From the NCBI GenBank assembly GCA_050084985.1, contig JBITNC010000001.1:121086001-121150000 (forward strand): a stretch of 64,000 nucleotides of DNA, read 5' to 3'. A model generated the notes under the pieces. That model saw nothing but the letters and a program-made list of their open reading frames with translations, was not told the origin of the DNA and ran no database searches. This DNA comes from Nageia nagi. Taxonomy: Eukaryota > Plantae > Pinophyta. The translations under genes and the position numbers were made by a program. Shown here piece by piece: positions 11,601-24,973 of this stretch (position 1 is its first letter; each line of letters begins with the position of its first letter).

Positions 11601-14600
11601 GAATACCCTTGTTCTTTCCCTGAAAGTATCCCTTTTGGAACAATGTGAGTAAGAGGACATTTGAACATTGCCAACAAGGCTGCTTGTTCTTCTGAAGGAA
11701 CATTAAAAATAATGCTTTGTAATGGTTCGACCACTGAATCTCCCCTTTCCTCATCACTGCCCTCTGATTCTCCTTCCTGTTGCTCCGGACAGTGATACTG
11801 TATCTGTTCCAGACTAGGATCTTCTTCTATCTCCTCGACATGGTCCTTGATGGTGATGGTTGCTAATGTTGCAAAAGTGTCATGTGCATCCATGTCAGGC
11901 TCGTCGATCCATACCTGATTGTGATAATCCAATGTTGGTTGGGCAGGTGGGTACAAAGAAAGTGTCTTTGTGTTTAGGCCATTAGAAATAGTCATGTCCC
12001 CGGACCTACAGTTGATGTATGCAGCTGCTGTGGCTAACCAAGGTCTACCCAGTATGACTGGATATCCAGAAGGCTGTGCTCTTGTCTTTAACAGCAGGAA
12101 ATCCACTGGATAGCTCCAAGAATCTACTGTACATCTTCTACAATTCCTTCCGGCTTAGCTACTGTTCGGTCTGCCATTTGTAACTAGTTGAAGTGGGCTG
12201 TATATTTGACAAAAATAGTTTTTGAGACATGTCCAGAGTCATGATATTTATTGCTGCTCCCAAATCAACTAAAACATTAGGCACTTTAGTGGTCCCTATG
12301 TTAATGGTAATGACAGGATTTCCCGGATCACCATACTTAGGAATTACCAAATTTCCGGCCAAAAGATCAGCTACTTTACCATCTACTTTAATAGTCTTTG
12401 GATAGACTTTCTTTCTTCTTCCTCTCCTGTGCATGCATAATTCTTTAACCATCTTGTTTAGCTCAGGAACCTGTTTGATTGCTTGTAATACAGGTATAGT
12501 GATATTCAATTTCCTCATCTCTTGCAGTAGTTCTGATTCTATTTCTTGAGGTTTTTCCATCAGTCTCTCTGGATATGGACTAACTGCTGTCTGGAGCTCC
12601 TTATTATGTGCAGGTGCAATTGTTTCTGTTGGTGGCTCCAGACTATCCTTGTTTGCTCTCCTGGAGATTCATCTGAGCTGTCCACCTCTACTTCTGTGAT
12701 AACAGGAGGTGTAGGATCTGGCAATTTCTTACCAGATCGTAGCTCGATTTCATTGCATTGGATAGCATTTATTGATGCTGTCTCTCCTTGATCAATCTGA
12801 TAGGCAGGCGCTGGAGCTTGCCTGTTATTATTGGGGTTGGGAACAGGTTGGGCAGGAAGAGCTGGTTGCTTCGGAGGTTGTTGCTGCTGATTCATTGGTT
12901 GTTGTTGATTAATAGGTGTGGTGGCAGCAAACCTTGCCTTCGCTGTCCTTAATTATTCCAGTTCTGCCGATTCTGTCCTCCATATTGCTGCCATTGTGGA
13001 TTTCCATTGTGGATTTCCATTGTGGAGAATCCCATTCATATACTTGCCAATCTGGGTTTGCCATCCATGGGGAATTGTGTGGCATGTTCCACCAATTCGG
13101 ATTTGTTGGCCTAGAAAAATAAGGATTTGGGTTTCCTTGAAAATTATTATTTCCCCTAGGCCCCATTGCTCCCATATAGTTCATGTTCATGTTTGGGGCT
13201 GCTACAGACATTTGTGCTATCGTTAGATAGTCACAATCATCTGTTGGATGGTCATTATTGCACAGGCTGCATATATGGGTGGTGTTCAAAGGACATTCAT
13301 GTAAAGCATGTTTCTTCCGGTATCTAGGACAGTATCTTGATGAGAATTCATCAATGGCTTCCTTCTTCGAATTTGTGCTTTGGAAAGAATCCTGCATTTC
13401 TTTCAACTTGTTTGCTGTCCCCTTCAGTTGACTTAGTTCAAACAGAACATCAGTCCTGAAGTTAGCAAATTCTTCTTTGATTTCACTTGCCAATCCAGTC
13501 TCCATTCGACCATCATTCTGAAACCTGTCGCTTCTCTTCTGTGATCTGGTCCTTGAATAGTTTCTACAGAGTTCCACAATTTCATCAAGAGTTAACTTAT
13601 TGACATTACCTTTTCCCATCAGATTGAGGACTTCCAATGTGGAATCCAGAAGCCCTCTTAAAAAGATGGTCTTGGAGAATTCTGGATCCATGGTTGTACC
13701 CACTTCTTTGAACAAATAGGAATCTGTCAAGGTAATCTTCAAGGCTTTCTGAGGTTGCCTGTGTGAGCCGAAACAGTTCATCCTTCCTATCTTTAACTCG
13801 ACAATACTCTTGATATTTTTCTAAGAAGGCTCTTTCCATTTCTTGCCAAGTAGAGATAGAATCTGGAGGTAGTCCCATGAACCACCTCATTGCATTGTCC
13901 TTCAGAGTGGATGGAAAGAGTTTTAATTTCTGTTCATCCATTTCATAGTCATAAGTTTTGCACAATATTTTGAACTCAACAAGAACTGATCTGGATCTTC
14001 ACTAGAAAGACCTTTGAAAATAGGTAAGACTGATGGTGAAATATTTTTCATAGGAGCCTGAGTTCCAGCAGCAAGCCGAATGGGATAAGTGAAAGTTTGG
14101 GTTGAAGTTTGAGGAGTACCCCCTACTCCAGAACCACCACTTCCTCCAGACATATTTACCAGCGGATTGATATATATACTCCTAATATGATCCAACTCTG
14201 GTATACTACCTTTGCGGTAGTGAATATGGAAGGGTTTCTTGGCTGCCTCCTTCTCAGCTTTAGAATCACTTTCACTAGAAAGAGGTTGACTAATGGATAA
14301 TGGTGAAGGTTTATCAAAGGAATGGATGAATGGATGAGATGTTGGGGTCGGAGTGACTGTATCCGGAGCAGACTCAACTAAATTTGGCTGAAGAGTTAAT
14401 TCTGCAAACCGTATAGGTGCTAAAGGAGATGTATCTGTAAATCTCTATATTGTTTAGGTGGATCTGAAAATCTCAGAAATGGTGGTAAGGATGGACTAAT
14501 GAAAGGTGTTTCTTCTGCAATTTCTGGATGTTCACGTTTTGGACTATGATCTGACTCCTCTTCTGCACTTGTTGGCTCAATTTCTTCCACAGGTCTAGGC

Positions 14601-14689
14601 TTTGGCCTAGTTTCTTCTGGTTGCTCCACCTGATGTTCTTCAACAACTATACTACTTCCTTGTTTTTCCACAACCTTTCCTGAATCCAA
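8672..14689 (-). pseudogene. Element C gag-pol (Gag, protease, RT, RNaseH, integrase), broken by 1-bp frameshifts
   Basis: Gag KLKLFPSTLKDNAMRWF and Cys/His knuckles; PR VLVDLGAAINIM; RT VEVYMDDF; RH IHTDASNYAIG; INT WGIDFVGP/VSDQG; WLGPY motif. Confidence 0.95.
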
Positions 14690-15008
14690 CTTTTTATTTT
14701 TGGGGGGTTTTTGTGGTATTGATTTTTGTGTTTTCTGTGGTTTTCCTACAACTACTTTCTTACTACCTTCTCCTTTACTACTAACAAATCTCCTTTATTA
14801 TCTCTTAATCTATTCATACATTCTCAAGCAAATAATCAAACCAAACTATCACAACTTCAACAACAGTTCTCTGCAGATTCTTAATATAGGTTATTGGGGC
14901 CACTCATTCTGTTAAGAATTGAGGAACCAGGATGGCACCCGATTGCAAATTGGCTCTGTCAAGTCCCCTATCCTTAAGAACTACAGAGATAGCTCAATCA
15001 ACACCGTT

Positions 15009-15026
15009 TCCCCGGCAACGGCGCCA
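15009..15026 (-). promoter_or_regulatory. Primer-binding site, tRNA-Asp type
   Basis: Minus strand reads TGGCGCCGTTGCCGGGGA, the PBS typical of Athila-lineage elements. Confidence 0.92.
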
Positions 15027-15029
15027 AAA

Positions 15030-16887
15030 TGATGAGTTAAATAATGACACTCCAAATTCCCCCAGGGCTGTCACTACCCTCCCCTTAGTGATCCTCACAC
15101 TGTTATTGTGAAGGGACCAGTTAACTCAAAGAGCTGGTACACCAACACTCAGGAAAGCTTTTAGTTGCCTCTCACTAAGTTTGGAATATCAACATTTATC
15201 CCCTTCATTACTTTTATCAAATCCGGGAGGTGTTCAAGGCTGTATGCTATTGAGCTCTGCTCTCTAAGCTGTATCTACTTCAAGCAAAGTGGCAGAAAGC
15301 AAATGTGCAGAATGAACGTTGCAGAATTGAAAGTACAGGAATCTGAAATACTAAAAGAGAGACAAACTGGAAAATACTGAACTTAAAGCAAACTCACATT
15401 TAAACTTGGAAAGTACAGAAAGATAAAAGAGTCTTCTACCATTTGGAGTGGGCCCTTGCTCCTCTTGGTGGAAGACTTAGAGAACTCAGAACTGGAAACT
15501 CTTTAACAGATCACTTTATTGTTGCATGCAATTCGTCTTACACAGAATGTGCTTGACAAATCTAATACAGAGCTTCAACACAATAATCTATTCACACAAT
15601 ACTTTCTTAATTTTCTAACCCCTCCTACCGTCAACAATTGAGGTATAAATATCCTCCATTGTTTAACAATAGGTAGGTCAAGAATAACCATAATCTGAAC
15701 AGTATTCTGTTATGGAAAACAGAATCATTTATTCTACTAACTGACTAATACTAAAATTATCATACTAGTAGTATCCATGCCCTGTCTAAAGAGAGCTGCA
15801 ATCCCTTAGAAAAAGGGATAGCTCATCTCAACAGGTCAGCACTATCTATTTACATTCATAGGTAGTTTTTTTATGCTTAAATTGGAGTCAAACGTACACC
15901 AAAAACAAGAATCATATCTGACTATATCTGATGTGTTGAAACCATGCTTCTACAGACTATATCTGGAGCAGTTCATATCTCCTAAATATATGGATCATAC
16001 AAGGTTAGAATAGAGCTAACAATATAGTCAAGGATGACAGTCAACTCCTCAGATCTAGGCCTGGAGTGGAAGCTCCGGACGAGTTTGAAGCAGGAGCTCC
16101 GGACGAGTTTGAAGCAGGAGCTCCAGACGAGTCCAACATAGAGGCTCCAGACAAGCTTGAAATAGAAGCTCCGGACAAGCTTGAAATAGAAGCTCCGGAC
16201 AAGCTTGAAATAGAAGCTCGGACAAGCTTGAAATAGAAGCTCCAGACAAGCTTGAAATAGAAGCTCCAGACGAGTCTGGAACAGGCGCTCCGGACGAGTC
16301 TGGAACAGGCGCTCCGGACGAGTCTGGAACAGGCGCTTCGACGAGTCTGGAACAGGCGCTTCGGATAGGTCTGAAATGGAAGCTCCGGACGAGTCTGGAG
16401 CAGGCGCTCCGGATAAGTTGGGAGATATAGACCTTTGACACGTCTGAGTTGAAGACCTTGGGTGAGTTGAGAAGGGCTCGAGACAAGTCTGGAGGAGAGC
16501 TCCAAACAAGTCTAGCTCTTCTTTATTCAGATGAGGCGCCAACTATGTCTGGAGCGGAGCTCCGGACGATGCAGACCTGTTTAAAAATCTGTCTGGAGCG
16601 GAGCTCCGGACAATGTAGAATTTGTTCAAAGGCATCTTCACAAGACTTGCAACCCATCCAAATTACCGACCATCATTCTATGTTGCAAAAAGAAGCATTT
16701 TGGTTCAAAACAAACACAAAAGTATAATCAGTATGCACAAAATACTAATATAAGGAAGGTATGCATTTAACCATATATTAAGCAACTAGATAGTTCAACC
16801 ATTACAAATAATCCGTCCCATAATGTCCAAATATACAAAATGAACCATTGAACCGTGCCAAAACCAGGTAATTTCTGAGACTTATCA
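15030..16887 (-). repeat. 5' LTR of element C (1858 bp)
   Basis: TGATG..TATCA ends; direct repeat of 3632-5420. Confidence 0.96.
16072..16430. repeat. 24-bp tandem repeat in the C 5' LTR (15 units)
   Basis: Same unit types, with one extra 'tttgaagcagga' unit and two extra 'cttgaaatagaa' units. Confidence 0.9.
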
Positions 16888-16892
16888 GTCCC

Positions 16893-19500
16893 TCTTCATC
16901 AAGTGGTGGGAGTGTAGTTGATGATGTGTCTTGCTGTCCCACAACCTTCTTAAGGAGTGACACATGAAAGGTGTTGTGAATCTTGCTCTCCTTGGGAAGC
17001 TCTACTTCATATGCAGCTTCTCCAACCTTACGCAGGATTTTGTATGGGCCAAAAAATCTTGGCTGTAGTCTTTCTTGTCTTCTCTTCTTGAGGGAGGATT
17101 GTCGGAATGGTTGCAACCTCAAATACACCATCTCTCCTACTTCTAAGGTTCTATCAGTCCTCCTTTGATCAACATACTTCTTTTGACGGTTTTGGGTCAT
17201 TTGCAAGTTCTCCTTTAGAGCATTCATGATGTCTTGGTTTTTCTGCAAAAAATCTTTAGCTTTTAGGGTTTTTCCTTCATCAAAATCAAATCTGTGAAGT
17301 TAGGAGCATCTTAACCATACAAAGCTTTGAAAGAAGACATTCCTATAGACAATAGGTGCATAGAGTTATAACAATACTCCCCATGTGGATCCATTTAGCC
17401 CACGTTTGTTGCTGCCCTGTTACATAGTGCCTCAAATACCCTCTATCCATTTGTTTACAATTTTTGTTTGCCCATCAGTTTGCGAGTGATAGCTAGTGCT
17501 TTGGGTCAAATTAGTGCCACTCAACTGAAAGAGTTCTTGCCAAAACATGCTCATAAACTTGCCGTCCTATCACTTACAATTCATTTTGGCAACCCATGCA
17601 ATTTGAATATTTCTTTGGAGAGCAAATCAACCAACTGTACAGTTGTATATGTGATAGTAATGGCAAAGAAATGGGCAAACTTAGTAAGCCTATCCACTAC
17701 TACAAAAATACAATCTTTACCTTGCACTTTTGGAAGACCTGTAATGAAATCCATAGAGATATCTTCCTACTTTTGTTGTGGAATAGGCAATGGTTGAAGT
17801 AGTCATGCTGGCCTTAAATTCTCCTTTTATTTTCCTGACATTGCACACATTCCTAGACTTGTTTGCAAATGTCCTACTTCAGCCCTCTCCATACAAATCT
17901 CTCCCTTACTGCTCTATATGTTTCATGATCCCTGGATGACTTACAAGGGGGATATTTTGCAAAGCATGGAGCACCTTTTCCTTCATTTTTGAGTTAGGGG
18001 TCAAGAAAATTATGTTATTTTTCAAAATCAACCCCTCCCTAACCGCGTATCTCTCATTTTTAACAGTCCCATCTAAAATGCCTTGAGCAAATTCATCTTT
18101 GACATATTCAGCCATATACTTGTTTTCCAATCGACAGAAATAAAAGAGAGAGAGTAAAAAGAAGGGTTCCTAGACAATGTATCAACAACTATATTCTTTT
18201 TCGCTTTGATATACTGAATTTCAAAATCAAAAGACTGAAGCTTACTTACCCACCTTTGTTGCTTCTCACTCAAATCTGATTGGCTGAGAAAGTATTTCAG
18301 GTCATTGTGGTCACTTTTGATGATAGAAGGGCCACAAACTAGATACTGCCTAAATCTCTCCAACGCTATGCATAATGGCCAACATCTACTTGTCATACAC
18401 ACTAAAATTCTGTTGTGTTAGCGAGTTTTCTGCTTTCAAATGCTATTGGCTGTCCTTTTTGAATGAGTCCAACCCCAACACCAAGTTTAGATGCATCACA
18501 TTCAATAGTAAAAGGGACTGAAAAATCAGGAATAGCTAAGGACAAGAACACAACCTTTTTGAGATTTTCAAAGGCATCTTGAGCACTATCACTCCATACG
18601 AATGCATCCTTCTTGGTCAATTGTGTCAAAGGGACAGCCAAGTGTGAGAAACCATTTATGAACGTCCTGTAGTAATTCAATAGCTCTAAAAAGCCTCTTA
18701 ATTGTGTCAAGGTGGTGGGCATCGGCCAATCTTGAATTGCTGCAATTTTTTGCTTATCCACCCTTAACTCCCTCATGGCTAATTACATGACCCAAATACA
18801 AAATTTCAATCATGCCAAACTCACATTTGGATTGCTTGGCATAGAATTTCTTATCCTGCAATATGCTCAAAACGTGGTCTAAGTGTTGCAGGTGCTCCTC
18901 CCACATTTTGCTATACACCAATATATCATCAAAGAAAACCAAGACAAACTTTCTTAGCTGTTTCCTGAAAACCTGATTCATAGCTGATTGAAAAGTGGCT
19001 GGTGCATTAGTCAATCCAAATGACATAACTAAAAAACTCAAAATGTCCATAGTGTCATCTAAATGCAGTTTTGTTTATATCCTTCTCCTTCATCCTTATT
19101 TGATGATATCTTGACCTTAAGTCAATTTTGGAGAAATATCTAGCGCCATCTAACTCATCAATAAAATCATCTACTCTAGGGATGGAATACCTATTTTTGA
19201 TGGTCTTCTTGTTGAGCATTCAGTAGTCAATGCACATCTGCATGGTTCTGTCCTTCTTCTTGACCAACACCATCGAAGAAGCAAAGGGACTCAAGCTTGG
19301 TCGTATGGACCCCATATCTAGCAATTCCTTGATAGTTTTCTCGATCTTATCTTTGTAGACTTTTGGATGCTGGTAGGGAGTGATCATGGCGGTTTTGCAC
19401 CTTGCTCCAACTCAATGGTGTGCTCAAATCCTCTTGAGGGCAAAAACCCTCTCAGCATGTCTCCAAAAATGTCAGGGTACTTGTTCAGGATGCGTTGGAC
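16893..19500 (-). pseudogene. Element B pol (RT-RNaseH-integrase), frameshifted
   Basis: ORF fragments include [18 protein letters not shown] (18754-19050), IECDASKLG (18402-18776) and the GPY/F motif RFFGPYKIL (16802-17248). Confidence 0.92.
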
Positions 19501-20139
19501 CTCCTTGGCTGCGATCTCTCTTCCCCATTATGTGACGTAGGGATTCCCTTGGCCAAGGTGAAGATACAACCCCACTCTATCTCCTCCTTCCGAACGATAG
19601 TGCTCATCCTCTTGGTCGATGTGGCCTCCAACCTATTACATGCTGCTCCGAATCTGAGTGAAAGCTTCTATTCACTCTATTTCTTCAGATCTAGGGGACT
19701 AATTGCATCCTTGATGCTCTCCGGACGACCCAGATCCAGATGTTGGGGGCATGGTTGGCTTTTCCTCTCCAATGTTGGATTTCTTCCTTTCTACAACCCC
19801 GTATCCCAAGAGATCTTGATAAAGCTGAAAAGTGATGTCTCTTTGGAATTCTTTGGAGGTTCCATGGTAGATTTGGAGCAAAACTTTGATCTTTGGTGGA
19901 GTCTTATGTGGCGGAATAGATCTGGGCTCCCATGTCTATCCTCTTTTTTTCGTCATCTTTCCTCATGCCTTTCGCCCAAATACCACAAGAACTTCTCCCT
20001 TTCTTCTTGAGGGACCTTGTTGTCTTCAAAATGCTGAGTAACTGGCGGAAAACTACCTTCCTAAATTCGGACTTCTTCATTCTGGCTGTAGATCTGGCTT
20101 CCATTTTCACAGGTGACAAGATCTCATCTCTGATACCAC

Positions 20140-21542
20140 TGTAATATCTCCAAATATTCTCAACACACAAATTAGCCAAGCAAATGCCAAATAAATATCA
20201 AACAATGCTCCTAGACATGTGACAAACCATACTAGGGCATCAGACATGGAAAATAACAATCCAGAAGCCAAATGATGCACCTCTCTAGCTGGATTCAACC
20301 CTTTTAGCCCAATGTCACACTTGGGGGCTCATGTACCATGCAAAACACACCCAGAAATGCCAACGATGCGTCATACAAGCATATACATACAAAAATAGCT
20401 CAGCATTGCAAATGTGGAAGCATGAACATCAAATATGGAGACAAGAAATGAGATCCAAGTATGCCATGACTTCAATTATTGACAAATGAAGAGTACAATA
20501 CCGAACAGGCCCAAAGGCCTCAACGTTGGCCTCCAAGGAGCTAACTAGGGCATACAATGAGTTGAGATAGACTCTGAAACTGATGTAGAACAATCACCTC
20601 CTACTAGTTTTGTGGATGCCTCATTGAAGGGCTCCCTCACAGGCTAGCTCCTGGCGAAGAGAACGGATGTGATTTTGGAATGTCACCGGATGGATTCAAA
20701 GGTGCAAACCACTTGTGGACACCTCAGGGTGGGAAGCATCACTTGCACGAACATTCACCTCAATTGTAAGAGAGAAGGTGTTCTATGCCTCCTGAACTCT
20801 TCTTGTGCGCTGCGCTCAAGGGTGCTTCACATCGTCAAGTATTTGGAACTCCGAAGAGAAGGGTTTCTGTATATAATCAAGTCTATGTTTGCATCAAGGC
20901 TCCTTTTCCTTAGCTCACTGCTGGATCTGAATCTCACCTAGGAGTCATCCCCAACCTCCCCACACTCAACGTTAGCTCTTAGAGGCCCAAGATCTCCAAG
21001 TGGGTGCCTAGGGGTTAAGCATGCCCAACGTGGGTACCTAGAAGCCATAAATGCTCAATGTAGGAGTGCAAGGTGCCACGCATGGCAACGTGGGTGTCTA
21101 AGGTGCCACACATGCCAACGTGGAAGTCCAAGGTGCCACTGGGTCTAGGTATCATGCGTGGATGCAAGGGGGTTATCATGGCCAACGTGGGGGTCTAGGA
21201 GTCTCCCAAGGTTGGTGCATGTGTACAAGTGCTCCCAAATCCAACATTGGAGCAAAATGGTGATTATCCATGCACAAGTATCATCTAAGTGCTTTACAAG
21301 CCTTGGGATTCCCACAATCATCTTTAGGATCTCCAAGTGCATTGAATGATCAATAAAATAACACATCCTAGCTTGGGAGGAAAACATTTCTCATGGGGCT
21401 CAGCTCACAAAGTGGTTCCAACGGACCTTTATAATTGTATCCCCAGTAACTAACAACAAATACATGAATAAATAAATATTTACAAAAAGGGAATCCTTAG
21501 GATTCCAAAATTAATTATTTTTTACAAAAAAAGGATGTTACA
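20140..21542 (-). repeat. 5' LTR of element B
   Basis: Direct repeat of 2071-3440; adjacent tRNA-iMet PBS. Confidence 0.93.
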
Positions 21543-24500
21543 CAACTGACATTCTTGCATGAGAACGTTTGGCCAAAGAAGTCGGCTACCACAAACTTAC
21601 TAGTAATAGTGGGTGAATACCAGTGTTGATTTTGGGTTGATGTGGACACAATGAAAGAAGAACTTGAGAAGTACGATTTCAACAAGATGAGTACAACTGA
21701 GCACTATGACTGGATCACAAAATACACAACTTCGTGTGAAGGAACGAAAGAAAGCATACAACCATAGGTCATTCGGAGGTGAAGTGTTGTTTAGGAATGT
21801 GAGTAGTGAGTCCTAGATGAAGAAGATTCGTGTGCAATTACAAGAAGAGGCAAAGACAAAGCAGAAAGTGGTAGAAGAAGGGATAGGTAAATCCTTGTCA
21901 TTTGTCAAGGGAAGTGGCAAGATGAGTCCACCTCCCAAGTCACACTCTATCCTTTGGATGAAGAAGAATAGGTAGGTCAGTATGCTTCTATGCATGGAAG
22001 TCATCGACGGATAGGGCAGTTGAACAGGTTAGAGAGGTGTTAGACGAGCATGCCTTGAAGGAGTTGGAGGAATTAGCAATGGATAAAAGGGTGAGATGTG
22101 TAAGGAACATTATTGAAGACCCATCACCCATAGTTCGACCTATTCGAAGGACAAATCAACCTCCGACTTCAGCAGTTCCACCTTCAAACTCCCAATCTTT
22201 AGGATCATAATATGAAATGAAAAACAAAGAACAGGTGAATGATCAAACCAACGATGTGCAAGTAGAGAGTCAAGCTCGCGCTATGGAGGTAGACCAGAAG
22301 AAGATTCACTTGAAATACTAGGCGAAAGACCTGAGCCCCCACCATCAAATCCTTCCTCATCTAAGAGTAGAGGGAAGAGTTCGACTTCACAAAGTGGCAG
22401 CAAAGAGAGCACAATGAAGGAAGACTCCATGCCTACAATAGTCAATTGAGATAAATGACATAGAGAATCCAAGTGAAGAGGAAAGGTAGTCAAAGAGAAG
22501 TAGGTTGTATGTAGTTTCGTTCAAAAACCCATCGTGGAAACACATTAGCCTACAAGTAGCAATGAATGGGGTATAGATGTGAGTGAGTGCCTTAATGTCT
22601 TTAGGTTCGATGTGGGAGATGAATTCGAAGACATTGAAGAGGACCACCAAGTTGTGGATGGTTCCACTCGGTCGGGTAGGAGCCAGACTTATGTTCAAAT
22701 GAAAGACAATTTAGCGCACATCAAGACAATGTTCATCGGCAAGGCCAACCCTCAAAATGAAGGAGACCTCAATCAAATCACTCAAGTAATCAAGATGGGG
22801 CCAATTGGAATCATTGGATGAAAGCATTCCATCATCTCCAACATGGATGCTATGACAAAAGATGGATTACAAAAGGAGAAAGAGATTAAGAGTTTGAAGA
22901 AAAAATTGGCCGCCCAAAAGAAGTTGACAATGGAGATTGAAATGGCAAGAATGACTCTCGAAGACATCCGGAAGCAAATTCTGTTGAATGAGGGTTTATT
23001 GGCAGTTAAAGAGAAGTTGATTCAAGAAGTCATTGAGGTGGTGACAGTTTGTAAAACCTCTTCAAAGGATTTCCATAGAAGAAGACTAGATGAAGTTGTT
23101 CCAGACAAATAGGGCTTAGCTACTTGGGCAATTGGAAGAGCAGAGGTTGGTTATTGAGAACTCGCAAGAAGCAACAATAAGTACACCGGTAGATGCCAAT
23201 TTTTGTAGAGAATATTGGTTCAATTTGGGGTGATTACGTCAGTTAGGTCCTTTATGTCAAGAGTTAGGCAAAGAGTTGGTAAATATTAGGGACAAGGTGC
23301 ACTCATGAATGGAAAGAATGGAGTATGTGGTAAAGTTCCTCGAGGAAGGTTTAATCAGGGAAGTGTAGTAACTACCGAGGTGAAGCAATTGATGAGGGGC
23401 TTGGTCTGTACGGATGATGTGAATGCCTACCGGACTGGGAGTCATTTTGAGCATATGATGAAGTTGCATGCTTGGAAGCTTGAGATGGAGCGGACCAGAC
23501 GCAAGGTGGATGATTTCATTGCAAAGAATACAACAACACACAGTGAGATTGTCTATGGATTGGAGCTTACCGCATCATACTTGGACGATCATTTTGAAGA
23601 CAACTTTGCCACCCTAGTGCAGCCTTCTGTTGACTTGTATTTCTTCCCCCCCTGCGAGAAAGGACACCGTCGATGAGTGGAGTAGCGTTACTTACCCTTG
23701 CTTGAAAGGACTTTAACCCCAAGGTTTCTTTAACTTATTATTGACTTTAGATTTTCGGTAGGACACATTTTAAGCAATAGTGGTTGATAGTCGACAGGAT
23801 AGCTTTAGGGGGAGGTATGTGCTCAGGGATGGTTACTCACAATTATGTGGACCTATTGGGCTTTATCTCGATCAATGTTCTTGTGGAAATATGCAAAAGC
23901 AAAGGGAATTCAAAGAAAGTTACGAAAGATTTGGTAGTTGATAATAAAATAAGTGACAGGTACTCACCAACCATGACATACATTGTACTCCCCATACAAT
24001 TGTCCGATAGACTACTCTTGGTCTTCCATGGACATTAATAAAACTTTCTTTCTTTCTCTCACCGTTGTGCAGGGTTTGAAGCTTTCATCTCTCAGATTTA
24101 TTAGGAACTTCTACTTAGGTTATCAAGCAGGGGAGGAAACAACTGAGTCCGGATCACTCCCAAGCAAGAGCACGGGGTAGTAGTCAGGGTGGACAAACAG
24201 GTGAAGTGAAACATTCAATTATCTATGTCCCAGTAGGAGATTCCAATCAAATGTCATAAGAGTAAAGTGATTCAAAACACCACAACTTTATGCAAACCAT
24301 AGAAATGGTCATTCGTACATCTAAGAAAGATATTCAACCATCTTTTCCTAAAGTGCCGGACTTTCAAAGAAAATGCTTGTAAATGTATAAACAACACAAC
24401 AACATCATCATTTCATTTACATATCCATGATCCCATGAAATGAGAGATTGCACTTGCATTTAAAAAGAAAGTTCCCCAAAATGATAGATCATACATACAT

Positions 24501-24973
24501 TTAGAAACCTCAACTCTAAAGTGCTTTCCGAAAGATTTGCATTTAACTCAAAAGGAACTCCTTCTAGGAAGCATGTAACTTTTCATACATTGAAGGGTTC
24601 TTTCTCTGATCTATCTATCTATATCCCTTTTTTTTTCTATTCTCCTCCTACTTCAAAAATGACCCAGCTAGGGTACTTATAGCATATATCTAACAACTTC
24701 ATTATATGAAGCGTCGCCCTAATATTAATTGTAGAGTTTCCCTAAAACAACAAAACAACCCTAATACTAATTTGAAAAACGTAAACAATCAACAAAACAA
24801 AATTGCGGCTACACAATACCACTTGAATGTCACATCAGTGTCACTTCACATCACATCAAGTCTTCTTGCAGCCGCGGGAGCAACATCCAAGACTTCCTCA
24901 AGAATCCTGTGACCTGTCATCAAAGAAGGCCCTAGCCTTGGTTAGTCCTACAACAAGTACTCCTGGCAAGTCG

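Larger units (their letters stand above)
3632..16887 (-). mobile_element. Athila-like Ty3/gypsy retrotransposon (element C), full length, recent
   Basis: Perfect TSD GTCCC (3627-3631 / 16888-16892). Near-identical LTRs 3632-5420 and 15030-16887. tRNA-Asp PBS, PPT at ~5421-5436(-), gag-PR-RT-RH-INT order, no chromodomain, and an extra 3' ORF. Confidence 0.96.
2071..21542 (-). mobile_element. Ty3/gypsy chromovirus (element B), degenerate, no recognisable protease or capsid; hosts element C
   Basis: Perfect TSD CAACT (2066-2070 / 21543-21547). LTRs 2071-3440 and 20140-21542 (TGTAA..TTACA). PBS TGGTATCAGAGA at 20127-20138(-), PPT ~3441-3455(-). RT (FFDDIL), RNaseH, integrase and chromodomain (EYLIKWKDLPNEDSTWE) fragments present. 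Confidence 0.95.
1915..23676 (+). pseudogene. Degenerate accessory ORF of a giant-LTR family (copy A'), split by element B (coding parts ~1915-2070 and 21548-23676)
   Basis: ...KDALKRYGDFFLQNQHFSYIKIY..PY*LPRYVSNRLVLMEIMRQL | TFLHENVWPKK reads across the CAACT TSD and aligns with 28890-29207(-) (DYFLEEPSHTYIRVYGS..PYLLPHYANNRLILMEFYRQLLFMHENIWKKK). ORF 22843-23112 aligns with 27174-27563(-). Confidence 0.8.
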
